A stretch of 64,000 nt of DNA from Desulfobacteraceae bacterium (lineage in GTDB: Bacteria > Desulfobacterota > Desulfobacteria > Desulfobacterales > Desulfolunaceae), in NCBI GenBank assembly GCA_041660385.1, contig JBAZWJ010000031.1, positions 3,137 to 67,136 of the forward strand, written 5' to 3'. The notes under the pieces are model-generated. The model was given only the letters and a program-made list of their open reading frames with translations. It was not told the origin of the DNA and did not search any database. The first letter of the stretch is position 1. Every line of letters starts with the position of its first letter. Positions 37,035-46,727 of this stretch are shown here, piece after piece. The position numbers and the translations under genes are program-made.

Positions 37035-38501
37035 TTACGTTGTTCTGAATTTTAATAAAAATTTCCTGACCACTGTCTTTTCATCTCTTGAAATAAAACC
37101 AAAAAACCAGATGATTGGAAGAAAAAGAAAGGTCAAACCCAGGTCATACAAAAGGGCGTTTACAAGCGTTTCTGGATGCACGACAAGACTGAATCCATAC
37201 AAGGCGATGGCGACTAAAAGCATGCCCCCCATTCGCCCCCACTCAAAAGGGATATAAAACAATTTTCTGCTCACAAAATGCAGAGTGACCACCTTAAACA
37301 ACAAAGAGAAAAAAGTGGCTACGACGGCTCCCCAGCTACCATAGGTCGGTATCAAAGCGAAATTCAAGACCAGATTCACTCCACACATGGCAAAATTGAC
37401 ATAGGTCCAGTATTCTGTTTTTTTTTGTACTAAAATACCAAATCCGACATGATTGTCCATGGCATAGATGACATAACTTAAAACAATGACCGGGGCGTAG
37501 TAACCTGCTGCCCAGAATTCTGGGGTTGCCGCAATTTTGATCACGTCTTGAATCAGGATGGAAATCCCCAATCCTGTGAAAACAAGAACAAACCAGAAAT
37601 AAGTTGCGACACGTGCATAAATGTCAACCGGGGCTTTTTCCTGGTACAAGGCATAGCGCCGGGGCTCCCATATCTGCATAAACGGAACACGGACAAAATA
37701 AAAAACGACATTTCCGAATTTATAGCCAAGACTGTAAATACCTGTTTCAGCGATGGAAAAAAACACTTTGATAAAGTACCTGTCCGAGGCATTGACAATA
37801 AGTGATGCAAGATTTGCAGGAATTATGGGGAGATTGAACCGCAACATGTTTTTGAATATAACCGATGAAAATAGGGTTCCGACTTTCCATAACAACATCG
37901 GATAACAGACAATCGCAAAAAACGCAGCAGAAATAAAATTACTCCAGAACAGCCCCAAAACGCCCATCTTTAAATAAACGATAAACAAAATATTCAAAGA
38001 TAATGAAATAACAAGATTCAACAGGGAAATGACCAGGTATTTAATTGAGAACTCTTTAATTCTGAGATACGTATACATCAAATGCGTGTGCTGACCAAAA
38101 AACAGACCCCCAAAGGCAAGGCAAAAATAAATCCATAGGCCTTTATCATCAAGGACAACGGCGGAAATATAGGGTGAGATCAGACATAATGCTCCGATAA
38201 AAACAAATGACATCCCTGAAACCGCCAGGCTTGCTGTACTGATAACCGTATTTCTATCTTTTGGGTCTTTAAATTCGTAATAAAAACGGTAGATCCCCCC
38301 CGCAATTCCCGTACTGATTATTATCCCGCATATTTCAATGGACAGACCCACCAGTTCGTTGATTCCATATCCTTCAGCCTTAAGATATAATGTATAAACA
38401 GGAATCATGATAAAACCGACCAGTCGGCTTAAGACCGTTCCAATAAAATAAACGCTCCCATGTTTAAATAATGTTTTAAGTTCTTTACCTAACGTTGCCA
38501 T
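37035..38501 (-). CDS. Wzx-like oligosaccharide flippase (polysaccharide biosynthesis protein, MOP superfamily)
   Basis: 488 aa, ~12-14 TM segments; N-terminus 'LFKHGSVYFIGTVLSRLVGFIMIPVYTLYL' is typical of this family. Confidence 0.75.
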   Translation of the reverse strand: MATLGKELKTLFKHGSVYFIGTVLSRLVGFIMIPVYTLYLKAEGYGINELVGLSIEICGIIISTGIAGGIYRFYYEFKDPKDRNTVISTASLAVSGMSFVFIGALCLISPYISAVVLDDKGLWIYFCLAFGGLFFGQHTHLMYTYLRIKEFSIKYLVISLLNLVISLSLNILFIVYLKMGVLGLFWSNFISAAFFAIVCYPMLLWKVGTLFSSVIFKNMLRFNLPIIPANLASLIVNASDRYFIKVFFSIAETGIYSLGYKFGNVVFYFVRVPFMQIWEPRRYALYQEKAPVDIYARVATYFWFVLVFTGLGISILIQDVIKIAATPEFWAAGYYAPVIVLSYVIYAMDNHVGFGILVQKKTEYWTYVNFAMCGVNLVLNFALIPTYGSWGAVVATFFSLLFKVVTLHFVSRKLFYIPFEWGRMGGMLLVAIALYGFSLVVHPETLVNALLYDLGLTFLFLPIIWFFGFISRDEKTVVRKFLLKFRTT

Positions 38502-38570
38502 ATAAGTATTTTATTCCTGGCTTCTATTTGAAAAGTTCAAAAAGTGGGTTCACCCAATCAATTATCAGGG

Positions 38571-40352
38571 TCAAAAGTTATTCCGCTGATAGAATTGTTG
38601 TAAAAACAGTATCCGATGCAAATAATTCACCAAATACTGTTTTCGCTTCACTTTATTGAATATGGAGGATATCGTTTCATTATCAAAGACTTCTGGAATA
38701 TAATTCTTCCCAGCAAACAAATCCTTGAACGCATCCAGTCCTTTTTCATGTAAAAAATAATAATCTGCCTGGAACGGATAATACTTGATTAATCCTTGAG
38801 ACGCTGAAGAAAGACGTGAACGAAACCGACCATATTTTTGATCCATTTTTTCCAGCGCCGTTTTTTCTCGATTATTGTAAGAATCTTTGTATCGTACCTT
38901 CATCACATCCGGGAACTCTTTATTTAATAATGTGGTATAAATCAATCCTTTTCTGAGCTTCAAGTCCAGGCCAAATCCAAAATCCATCAGATCATAATTG
39001 AAGCCCGGTTTAAATACATAGCAATAATTTTCCCGTGACAAATAAGATTCACTGACATAGCGGCGCAGTCTCCCTGACGCATAGCATTGCTGACTCTTCG
39101 CAACACCATCGCAGGTTTCGTAACCGGCCAGGACGCCACTGTAAAATGATCGCATCAAGAGATCCAGCGACTGCCTGTCCATGGAATGTGAAAAACTTTC
39201 GACAAACTGAACCGCCCCCCCGTATGTTTTCAAAAAACGTTTAAAATCAAAATCAATGTATATATACGCATAGTTAAAAAGAATATCCATGTAAACACCA
39301 TCATAGATAGCATTATATTGAGGATTCTCTTTAAAAAACCTTGAAAACAAAGGCGCATAAAAATACTGATTCACAACCGAATGATTCTGCTGCTGACGTA
39401 TCATTTGCGTCAGCCCTTCACGAAATGATGGGGATTGAATTATTTTCTTGGAAAAGAAAGCGGGCTCCCCCTTGAGTATGTTGCAGACCTTCGCTGCAAT
39501 GGTTGTTTCATCACCAAAATCATAGGTTATTGTTTTTATTTTTTGTTTTCGGGCGATAAAGCAGGCAATGGCTCGTGAGTCCAGACCGCCGCTCAAAGGA
39601 ATGACAGAGTGTGATTCAAGGGCATGCAGCTCGTCAATGGCGCGTTGCATTTTTTCGTTAAATACATTGATTGTGTCCTGGTCAAGAATCGCCTGTTCGC
39701 CTTCCTGTTTTGGCATCGACCAGTATGATTTCATTTCAATCGGAAAATGATCGGTTGTTGACCTTCTAAATACCGTAGCGGCAGGAAAACGTTTAATATC
39801 TTCAACCAGAGTACTGTTATCGAGAAAAAAGCCTGAGACAAGAATCTGGATCACACCGTTAATATCCTTATGCCGCTTGACCAAGCCGGAGTCCATAAGG
39901 CCTGAAACACTGGGGCCAAAAAGGAACATCTCCTTATCGTTGTGTGTATAACAGTTTTTACTGCCCATCCTGTCTGAAATAATGAAGAGTTCACCGTTGC
40001 AATATATCACACACAAAAAAGAGCCTTCGATTGAAACCAGGCAATCCGGTCCTTGCGTCAGAAAAGCCGTTAGAATACGATTGATCATCTCCTCGGCCCA
40101 ATACAGTTTCTTTTCTCCCTTGAATTTTCCATACCCTGAAAATCCGACCAAACAATTTTCCGATATTTTATGTGAAAGGTCCTTATTGTTTCCGTTTGCC
40201 CGACCTATCAACCCCAAAGTCATGTTATCATGTGTTAACACGCTTAACGAGTAATCGCTATTTTTTGGATCAACCATGCGCCGAAGGGTCTGTTCCCGGA
40301 CATGTTTGTCGACTTGATTCTTGAAACTGAAAATACCTGTTAATCCAATCAT
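38571..40352 (-). CDS. Asparagine-synthase-like PP-loop amidotransferase lacking the N-terminal Cys nucleophile
   Basis: PP-loop 'PLSGGLDSRAIACF'. N-terminus is MIGLTGIF where AsnB-type enzymes have MCG(I/L)xG (codon 2 = ATT, read directly at 40347-40349). Confidence 0.75.
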   Translation of the reverse strand: MIGLTGIFSFKNQVDKHVREQTLRRMVDPKNSDYSLSVLTHDNMTLGLIGRANGNNKDLSHKISENCLVGFSGYGKFKGEKKLYWAEEMINRILTAFLTQGPDCLVSIEGSFLCVIYCNGELFIISDRMGSKNCYTHNDKEMFLFGPSVSGLMDSGLVKRHKDINGVIQILVSGFFLDNSTLVEDIKRFPAATVFRRSTTDHFPIEMKSYWSMPKQEGEQAILDQDTINVFNEKMQRAIDELHALESHSVIPLSGGLDSRAIACFIARKQKIKTITYDFGDETTIAAKVCNILKGEPAFFSKKIIQSPSFREGLTQMIRQQQNHSVVNQYFYAPLFSRFFKENPQYNAIYDGVYMDILFNYAYIYIDFDFKRFLKTYGGAVQFVESFSHSMDRQSLDLLMRSFYSGVLAGYETCDGVAKSQQCYASGRLRRYVSESYLSRENYCYVFKPGFNYDLMDFGFGLDLKLRKGLIYTTLLNKEFPDVMKVRYKDSYNNREKTALEKMDQKYGRFRSRLSSASQGLIKYYPFQADYYFLHEKGLDAFKDLFAGKNYIPEVFDNETISSIFNKVKRKQYLVNYLHRILFLQQFYQRNNF

Positions 40353-40374
40353 TTACCTAACCTTTGCGATGCTA

Positions 40375-41658
40375 TTATGGGGTTGTTTGAAAATTCCGGG
40401 TTATAACCACCACAACCCCTGCAAGAAAATACCAGAAAAAAATATAAAGACTGTGTGAACCCATTCCCAAAACTAGCCGCACAATCGTAGCAACAAGAAC
40501 CGCTTTGCAGATATTGCCGACCATGGGGTCGTCTGTGTATTTTTTCATTAATGTGTGGGCTTTCAATACATAATTTTTTAAAAACTTATAACTTGCAATG
40601 ACACCCAGGACGCCAAGATCTCCCATGAGTTCACCATACAGGTTATGGGCCCAGAGTCCCCATCCAAACCAGGCCCGCCGCGCAACAGGATAGCATCCGG
40701 GCCCAACGCCCAGAATGGGTCTGTTGAGCAACATCTGGAAGCCATGGCTAAGACCCGAAATACGTGAATTTGCGGATGAATCTGTACTACCAACAACCTT
40801 GACGCTTTTCATAAAACTTAAGTAATCTGGATTGATGATAACAATAACGGCAATGGCCACCAGCTCGTAAAACACCATCTTCAACTTATTGTCCGCAAAT
40901 ACGATCCAACAGACAAAAAAAGTGGCAAGACCGAAAAAACCGCCCTTTGAACCGCTCACCACGACCCCGGCAAGCAAAACGATGAACAGGACAAAACCGA
41001 ACAATTTTATTATCTTATTCCTGTGGCACGCCCCGACATACCAGGCCACAGCCAGGGCTTGATTGCACATATTGGCTAAGGCCACATGCCCTGAACCCAT
41101 ACCGGAATCTGCCACGGCATAGGTCATTCGTGAGCTTTCATCCATGGATTCAACCAAATTCCCTGACATGTAGTTGAATATTGCTTCGTAGGCAATGATG
41201 GATGTGAGCATACAAAAAACAATCAGCAACACTTCACAATCCTGAACTGAATCTGTAAGACAGACAACCATAATAAAAAAAAGAAAGATTTTTAAAAAAT
41301 CGTTCATCCAGTTCCAGGACACCGAAAAATCCATGGCTTGCACCATAGAGAGCGTCATGACGCCAAACAGAATGCACATCCATTTGATCACCATATCTTC
41401 CGTATAATCCATCCTGCTTATCTTACCGGATACAAAAATAAAAAGTATCACAAGAACCCCTACCAGCATTTCGATTCGATACGTTGCAAGGGTTGGATAA
41501 TACAGTCCGGGCCGAAGCATCATGATCATCAGATACGACACAACACCCCAGAATGGTCGTTTGAGCATGCCGACAAATGAACAAAGGGCAAATATGGTCA
41601 AGATCAACCGGATCGACTCAGGAGAGGGCATTTGAATTTCCCCTCTCCTTGGTGGCAA
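40375..41658 (-). CDS. O-antigen ligase/polymerase-like membrane protein (Wzy_C family)
   Basis: ~10-12 TM segments with a large loop 'GSTDSSANSRISGLSHGFQMLLNRPILGVGPGCY', typical of Wzy_C/O-antigen ligase proteins. Alternative start ATG 41631. Confidence 0.6.
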   Translation of the reverse strand: MPPRRGEIQMPSPESIRLILTIFALCSFVGMLKRPFWGVVSYLMIMMLRPGLYYPTLATYRIEMLVGVLVILFIFVSGKISRMDYTEDMVIKWMCILFGVMTLSMVQAMDFSVSWNWMNDFLKIFLFFIMVVCLTDSVQDCEVLLIVFCMLTSIIAYEAIFNYMSGNLVESMDESSRMTYAVADSGMGSGHVALANMCNQALAVAWYVGACHRNKIIKLFGFVLFIVLLAGVVVSGSKGGFFGLATFFVCWIVFADNKLKMVFYELVAIAVIVIINPDYLSFMKSVKVVGSTDSSANSRISGLSHGFQMLLNRPILGVGPGCYPVARRAWFGWGLWAHNLYGELMGDLGVLGVIASYKFLKNYVLKAHTLMKKYTDDPMVGNICKAVLVATIVRLVLGMGSHSLYIFFWYFLAGVVVVITRNFQTTP

Positions 41659-42916
41659 AGTCTTCTACACATCGGCAGAGTAACTGGAACATCATGTCAT
41701 TAAAATAAGGTTCGATAGGGATATGCACAAGTTTATCCCAGATATTTTCGGTTCTGGATAATGGACTGTCGGTCTTTTTATAACCGTAATTTTTGATCAA
41801 ATGAATGGGGGTGTAAAGATTCTGCAACTCAAAACCATGGTCTGCAAGGTGTTCTTTAAATTTATTCTGGGGATTGTTTGAGTCCAGTGAAATCATCACA
41901 GGATATTTTGTTGCGACATGCAGCGTGGCATCATGATGAACGATGTCCGCCGAAAGAATGATACAATCTGACAGTCTTGACAGAATCAAGGTATCAAGCG
42001 TTTTCTTCCGTTCCATCCTTATGTGCAGCATGGTGTCAAGTTTTTTAAGTTGTTTCAACCCGAGGGCGGCGTCAACATTACACATCGAATAGATTGTCTC
42101 GTTTTTGCCATTCAGGTCTTTGAAACAAAACTTCAAAAAAGGGTAAAAAGGAAGTGTAAACCGCCGCCAGCGTCTGAATACAAGCCAGTAAACCGTCTTT
42201 CTGAACTTTTTCCAAACGGGTAACAGGCTTGTTAGGAGGCATTCAATCCTTTTGGCAAGGTCTTCATTGTCGGTGATCATCAATCCGCCCCCGGTAGCTG
42301 TCATGGTTTTTCCCGGCCCGAAACTGATAATCCCGGCATCACCAAAAGTGCCCACAAGCTTTCCGTTCAGCCTGGCTCCGAATGACTGGGCCGCATCATC
42401 TATTAATAAAATTTCAGAACGGATATTCCGTTTTATCAGCTCATTTTCAAGAACATCTATATGGCCGGGATTTCCAAACATATGGGGGAATATAATGGCC
42501 TTCACCTCAGGATTGATTAGTGTGAGGATATGCTCGACATCCGGGTTGTAATCATCACCGATATCACAAAACACTATTGTCGCGCCGGAAGCAACAACTG
42601 CCTGTGCTACGGTTTCGCAACAATAGGACGGCATGATGACTTTGTCACCATCGCCAATGTTTCCTGCCCTTAGCGCTGCCAGAATGGCTTCACGACCGCT
42701 GTTAAAACCGAAAACATGGGGTTTCCCTGTTTTTTTCTTTATCTGTTCATACAGTTGTAAACACTTTTTCCCATGGACGATGCGGCCGGATAGTACACAA
42801 AAAAAAATGGCAAGATGCTCCGCCAGTCCCCAGGCTGGGACGCAATAAGGTACCTTGTAAAACTCTCTGAAGAACCGTCTGGTTCTATTTATTATTTTCT
42901 CAAAAAAGTATTTCAT
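41618..42916 (-). CDS. DegT/DnrJ/EryC1/StrS-family PLP aminotransferase
   Basis: 'FNSGREAILAALRA', 'VIMPSYCCETVAQAV', 'LLIDDAAQSFGA', 'ISFGPGKTMT' (PLP lysine). Confidence 0.8.
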   Translation of the reverse strand: MKYFFEKIINRTRRFFREFYKVPYCVPAWGLAEHLAIFFCVLSGRIVHGKKCLQLYEQIKKKTGKPHVFGFNSGREAILAALRAGNIGDGDKVIMPSYCCETVAQAVVASGATIVFCDIGDDYNPDVEHILTLINPEVKAIIFPHMFGNPGHIDVLENELIKRNIRSEILLIDDAAQSFGARLNGKLVGTFGDAGIISFGPGKTMTATGGGLMITDNEDLAKRIECLLTSLLPVWKKFRKTVYWLVFRRWRRFTLPFYPFLKFCFKDLNGKNETIYSMCNVDAALGLKQLKKLDTMLHIRMERKKTLDTLILSRLSDCIILSADIVHHDATLHVATKYPVMISLDSNNPQNKFKEHLADHGFELQNLYTPIHLIKNYGYKKTDSPLSRTENIWDKLVHIPIEPYFNDMMFQLLCRCVEDFATKERGNSNALS

Positions 42917-42941
42917 GGGGCTGAAAGCATCTGATTCATTA

Positions 42942-43973
42942 TCATGTCATTGATTTTAATTTTTTTACAAATGAATATATACGATGGTGGAGGGGCCTGA
43001 GGATAAGTTTTCCTTTAAAACAAGGATAAACCTGCGGAGAAAAACGATGTTTGAAATGATAAAGCCCTGATTGTTCCAATGGCGAACCGTTCAATTCACC
43101 TTCAGATAAACCTCCAAAATTAAAGAGCGTGCATCCTTCCTTTTGATAATCTGTGATGGATGTCCATAAAATCAGGTCTGGAGCAGCCATTTTCAGCCCG
43201 GTGTCACTGGCTGAGCTTAACATATAATAGACCTGTTTGTTGAATGCCACGAAAAAAGCGCCTGCAACAACTTGATCATCACTGTATGTTAGGTAAAGCC
43301 TGCCAAGTCCGGAATCAACCAGATGTTTCTGCATCCGGTTGTATATTGAGTTTTCTCCAGGTGCTGGGTATGGAATGCCCTGGCGCGTTTTTCTTTCGTA
43401 TGTGTCCACAGCCAGTTGCCTGAATTTAAGAAGCTTGTCCAACCCCTTTTCGTTCACAACCCTCAGACCTTCTTTCTGGCCTTTTCTTATCAGGTTGCGC
43501 TTTTTGCTGTGGAGTTTTTCCCATAGTTCTTCTTCCGTTATCCCGATGTCGAGAACAAATTCCCACCTTCTGCTGCTTGAAAACCCGATCTCAGGAATCA
43601 CATCACTTTCACATGGAGTTCCGAATGAATTCATGGAGAGAACAACGATATTGTTATTCTTGCAGTACTTATGAATCTCGTATGCCATCACTCTTGTATT
43701 GTCCGGGATACTGGCAGCCGCCATGCTTCCAAACGATAGAGAGCTGAAAAACCTGATACCCTTTTTTTTTTCGGTTAAAAGGCCGAACGAAACAGCAATA
43801 ATGTTTTCGGATTTGTCTTTCAAACGAAAATATAAAGGTGTGGCAGAATTATTTTCAGCACTGTAACAACTCCAAGTGTAAGTATGAAGGCTGTTTCCAT
43901 TTAATCGAATTACATCTTTGTCCCAGTCTTCAGGATTGACTTGAGTTGAGACAGACAGCTTATATAAAGTCAT
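42942..43973 (-). CDS. FemAB-family (aminoacyl/peptidyl) transferase-like protein
   Basis: Two GNAT-like halves; 'HSKKRNLIRKGQKEGL', 'VVAGAFFVAFNKQVYYMLSSAS', 'GLYHFKHRFSP': pattern of FemAB/BioF2-like acyltransferases recurrent in PEP-CTERM loci (from memory). Confidence 0.65.
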   Translation of the reverse strand: MTLYKLSVSTQVNPEDWDKDVIRLNGNSLHTYTWSCYSAENNSATPLYFRLKDKSENIIAVSFGLLTEKKKGIRFFSSLSFGSMAAASIPDNTRVMAYEIHKYCKNNNIVVLSMNSFGTPCESDVIPEIGFSSSRRWEFVLDIGITEEELWEKLHSKKRNLIRKGQKEGLRVVNEKGLDKLLKFRQLAVDTYERKTRQGIPYPAPGENSIYNRMQKHLVDSGLGRLYLTYSDDQVVAGAFFVAFNKQVYYMLSSASDTGLKMAAPDLILWTSITDYQKEGCTLFNFGGLSEGELNGSPLEQSGLYHFKHRFSPQVYPCFKGKLILRPLHHRIYSFVKKLKSMT

Positions 43974-44998
43974 TGAATTACGATATTCTCTTGAGTTGCA
44001 TTTACGAGGGATTCAACAATAATCTGTTCAAGCTCCAGTGATTTTTCAAGGGGCATATCGATGTTGTAGTTGTCCCTGTATATAAAACTCGGATGTTCCT
44101 TGTATCCATAGTGGTGCCAGACCGGCGAAAACTCACTGATGAAAAATTTTCCGTTGCACTGCATAAGGTCGATGTTCAACCACGTAGCGTTCAGATCTTT
44201 GGCAAGACGAAGGGAAAGATCCATGGCATCTTTTGGGACATATTCCCACACTCCGGTGCCGCCACCGTCAATATTCATCTTCCACATGGTTTTGTCAGCC
44301 TGATAACGCCAATGAGCCTCAACCACTTTGTTTTGGCCTGTAACGGTCTTCAGGTCTTTATCAATATGAAGAAATTTCTGAGCGAGAAGGGGTGAGGAAA
44401 AGAAAGGGTACAGCGAATTTTTACCTTTAATCAGCCAGTAATAAAATATACGTTTTCCCAGCATTTTTTTGAAGAAGTGCTTTAAAAAAGGAGCATTGAA
44501 AAAATCCATTTTGGACATTTTGTAATATCCCAGAAGATCTTCCCTGTTTTCAACCTTGAACACCTGCCCGCCCCCTGCTCCGTATCTGTTTTTCAGAACA
44601 AGGGGAAAGCCCAGTTTTTTCGATGCCTCATCCACTGATTTTTCGGAAAAAAGTGGAACGGTTTCAGGCACAGGATAATTATGGTGTTTTAAAAAGAGAA
44701 ACTGCCGGTATTTGTCGTTGTAGTATTTCACTGTTCCGGGATCGGGGTACATTTTCATATGTGGCCACATTTCATTCAGAAAAGTAAGGTTATCGTAAAC
44801 TTCCTGAAGGGCCTGAGGATGGTTTGAAGAATGATTGAAAACCGGATAATGGATTAAAAAATCAGTGTCGCTGAAATCGTAGCTCAGCCACTCCTGATCC
44901 TTGAAATCCAATATTTTCACGTCAACATTGTTTTCTTTCAACACCTCAAGAAATCGTTCGAATCTGTAAGGTGATTTTATCAAAACAGCTTTCAGCAT
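43970..44998 (-). CDS. ATP-grasp ligase
   Basis: 'FPLVLKNRYGAGGGQVFKVENREDL', later 'WLNIDLMQCNGKFFISEFSP': typical ATP-grasp central and C-terminal motifs. 4-nt overlap with the downstream gene. Confidence 0.65.
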   Translation of the reverse strand: MLKAVLIKSPYRFERFLEVLKENNVDVKILDFKDQEWLSYDFSDTDFLIHYPVFNHSSNHPQALQEVYDNLTFLNEMWPHMKMYPDPGTVKYYNDKYRQFLFLKHHNYPVPETVPLFSEKSVDEASKKLGFPLVLKNRYGAGGGQVFKVENREDLLGYYKMSKMDFFNAPFLKHFFKKMLGKRIFYYWLIKGKNSLYPFFSSPLLAQKFLHIDKDLKTVTGQNKVVEAHWRYQADKTMWKMNIDGGGTGVWEYVPKDAMDLSLRLAKDLNATWLNIDLMQCNGKFFISEFSPVWHHYGYKEHPSFIYRDNYNIDMPLEKSLELEQIIVESLVNATQENIVIQ

Positions 44999-45033
44999 GT
45001 GCTAATTCCTTCACTATTGAGCAATATTAAAGG

Positions 45034-45597
45034 TCATTTATTAGTAACAATAAAATCTTGACTACCTTTAAAGTTGATTATCTTCGCAGGGATTCCAACG
45101 GCCACAGCATTGTCAGGGAGATCTATCGTTACGACAGAATTTGCACCTATGGCCACATTATCTCCGATGGTTATGCCACCAAATATTTTTGCTCCTGGGG
45201 CAATATAGACACGGTTACCAATGACGGGCGTTTTCTGAATTCCATTACGTCCTGCCTGACCTATCGTGTTTTCATTGGAAATATTACAGTATTCACCCAT
45301 CACGGTTTTTGAACCAAGAATTATGCAGCCGAAATGACCAATGTACAATCCTTTACCGATTCGGGCTGTAAAAGGCAAATCAATACCGGTCATTATTTCT
45401 ACCATTTTTTTAAAAACAGTTAAAAAAGGCAGAATAATTCTCGGCCATATTTGGGATTTATTCTGATGGCACCATGATCCAGCACGGTAGACTATCGTTG
45501 CCCAGATCCCTTGCGTTAGTATAATCTTTTTTGTTTTAGATAAAAGTCCATCATTTTTTCTAAAATATCTTTTGATGTCTTCCCGAAGATAATCCAC
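45034..45597 (-). CDS. Left-handed beta-helix (hexapeptide) acyltransferase, CysE/WcaB-like
   Basis: 'IGKGLYIGHFGCIILG', 'VIGNRVYIAPGAKIFGGITIGDNVAIGANSVV', 'AVGIPAKII'. Confidence 0.75.
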   Translation of the reverse strand: MDYLREDIKRYFRKNDGLLSKTKKIILTQGIWATIVYRAGSWCHQNKSQIWPRIILPFLTVFKKMVEIMTGIDLPFTARIGKGLYIGHFGCIILGSKTVMGEYCNISNENTIGQAGRNGIQKTPVIGNRVYIAPGAKIFGGITIGDNVAIGANSVVTIDLPDNAVAVGIPAKIINFKGSQDFIVTNK

Positions 45598-45613
45598 TCT
45601 GATATTCTCAATC

Positions 45614-46708
45614 TTAATTGATTTTTAAAATATTTTTTATTGACTCTACAACCCTGGTTGCCGTCTTGCCATCCCACAACTCCGGTATTGAATGCTTAAC
45701 CGCTTCTGAATTTAAAATTTCATTCGATCGTTTTTCAAGATTGTCAACACGGCACAGTTCGTTGGTCCCTTGTGTTACTGTTATTGGCCTCTCCGTGTTT
45801 CTCCGCATTGTGATACAGGGAATCCCCAGATAGGTTGTTTCTTCCTGAACCCCACCTGAATCGGTAATAACGATGCGGCAGTTGAATACTAAATTCATAA
45901 AATTAATATAATTTAACGGTTCGGTCAGAATAATGTTTCCTGTATGTTCAAGGGTCTCAATCAATTGGTGATGGATCAGGTTTTTTCTCGTTCTGGGATG
46001 AACCGGAAAAATCAGGGGTATACTTTCCGATATTCTCGACAAAATATGACACAGTGTTTTCAGTACATCCGGATTATCTACATTTGAGGGGCGATGAAGC
46101 GTGATCAGCCCATATTTTTTATTTTCAAGATTGTATTTTTGATATGTATTCTGAGTTTCGATAATATCTCGCATCATCTCTAAGGAATCAATCATGATAT
46201 TCCCAACCCTTATGATCCTCTTTTCGTCAATTCCTTCACGCAGAAGATTTTCATTGCCGTCCGGCGAAGGTGTCCAGAGGTAGTCGGCTATGGAATCCGT
46301 CACGATCCGATTAATTTCTTCTGGCATAGTTCTGTCAAATGATCTCAGACCGGCCTCAAGATGGGCAACAGGTATGCCCAGTTTCACAGCAGCGAGAGTT
46401 ACAGCAACGGTGGAATTCACATCACCCACCACAACAATAAGATCAGGCTTGTCGTTCATGATCACCTTTTCGTAGGAAATCATGACGTGACCGGTCTGTT
46501 CAGCGTGCGTCCCACTCCCAACACCAAGATGAATATGTGGCGCAGGCAGCTTTAGATCTGTGAAAAAAGCATCTGACATGTTGATATCATAATGCTGACC
46601 TGTATGAACGATACACGGCTCTGCCCAGGTTTCTTGCTTCAACGCATGAAAAAGTGGGGCAATTTTCATAAAATTAGGCCTTGCAGCCGCAATAAGATGA
46701 ATCTTCAT
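45614..46708 (-). CDS. wecB: UDP-N-acetylglucosamine 2-epimerase (non-hydrolysing)
   Basis: 'MKIHLIAAARPNFMKIAPL', 'HTGQHYD', 'VVVGDVNST', 'AHLEAGLRSFDRTMPEEINR', 'TDSGGVQEE'. Start set at ATG 46708 (the ORF track extends to 46765). Confidence 0.85.
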   Translation of the reverse strand: MKIHLIAAARPNFMKIAPLFHALKQETWAEPCIVHTGQHYDINMSDAFFTDLKLPAPHIHLGVGSGTHAEQTGHVMISYEKVIMNDKPDLIVVVGDVNSTVAVTLAAVKLGIPVAHLEAGLRSFDRTMPEEINRIVTDSIADYLWTPSPDGNENLLREGIDEKRIIRVGNIMIDSLEMMRDIIETQNTYQKYNLENKKYGLITLHRPSNVDNPDVLKTLCHILSRISESIPLIFPVHPRTRKNLIHHQLIETLEHTGNIILTEPLNYINFMNLVFNCRIVITDSGGVQEETTYLGIPCITMRRNTERPITVTQGTNELCRVDNLEKRSNEILNSEAVKHSIPELWDGKTATRVVESIKNILKIN

Positions 46709-46727
46709 TTTAAATTCCATAATTTTA

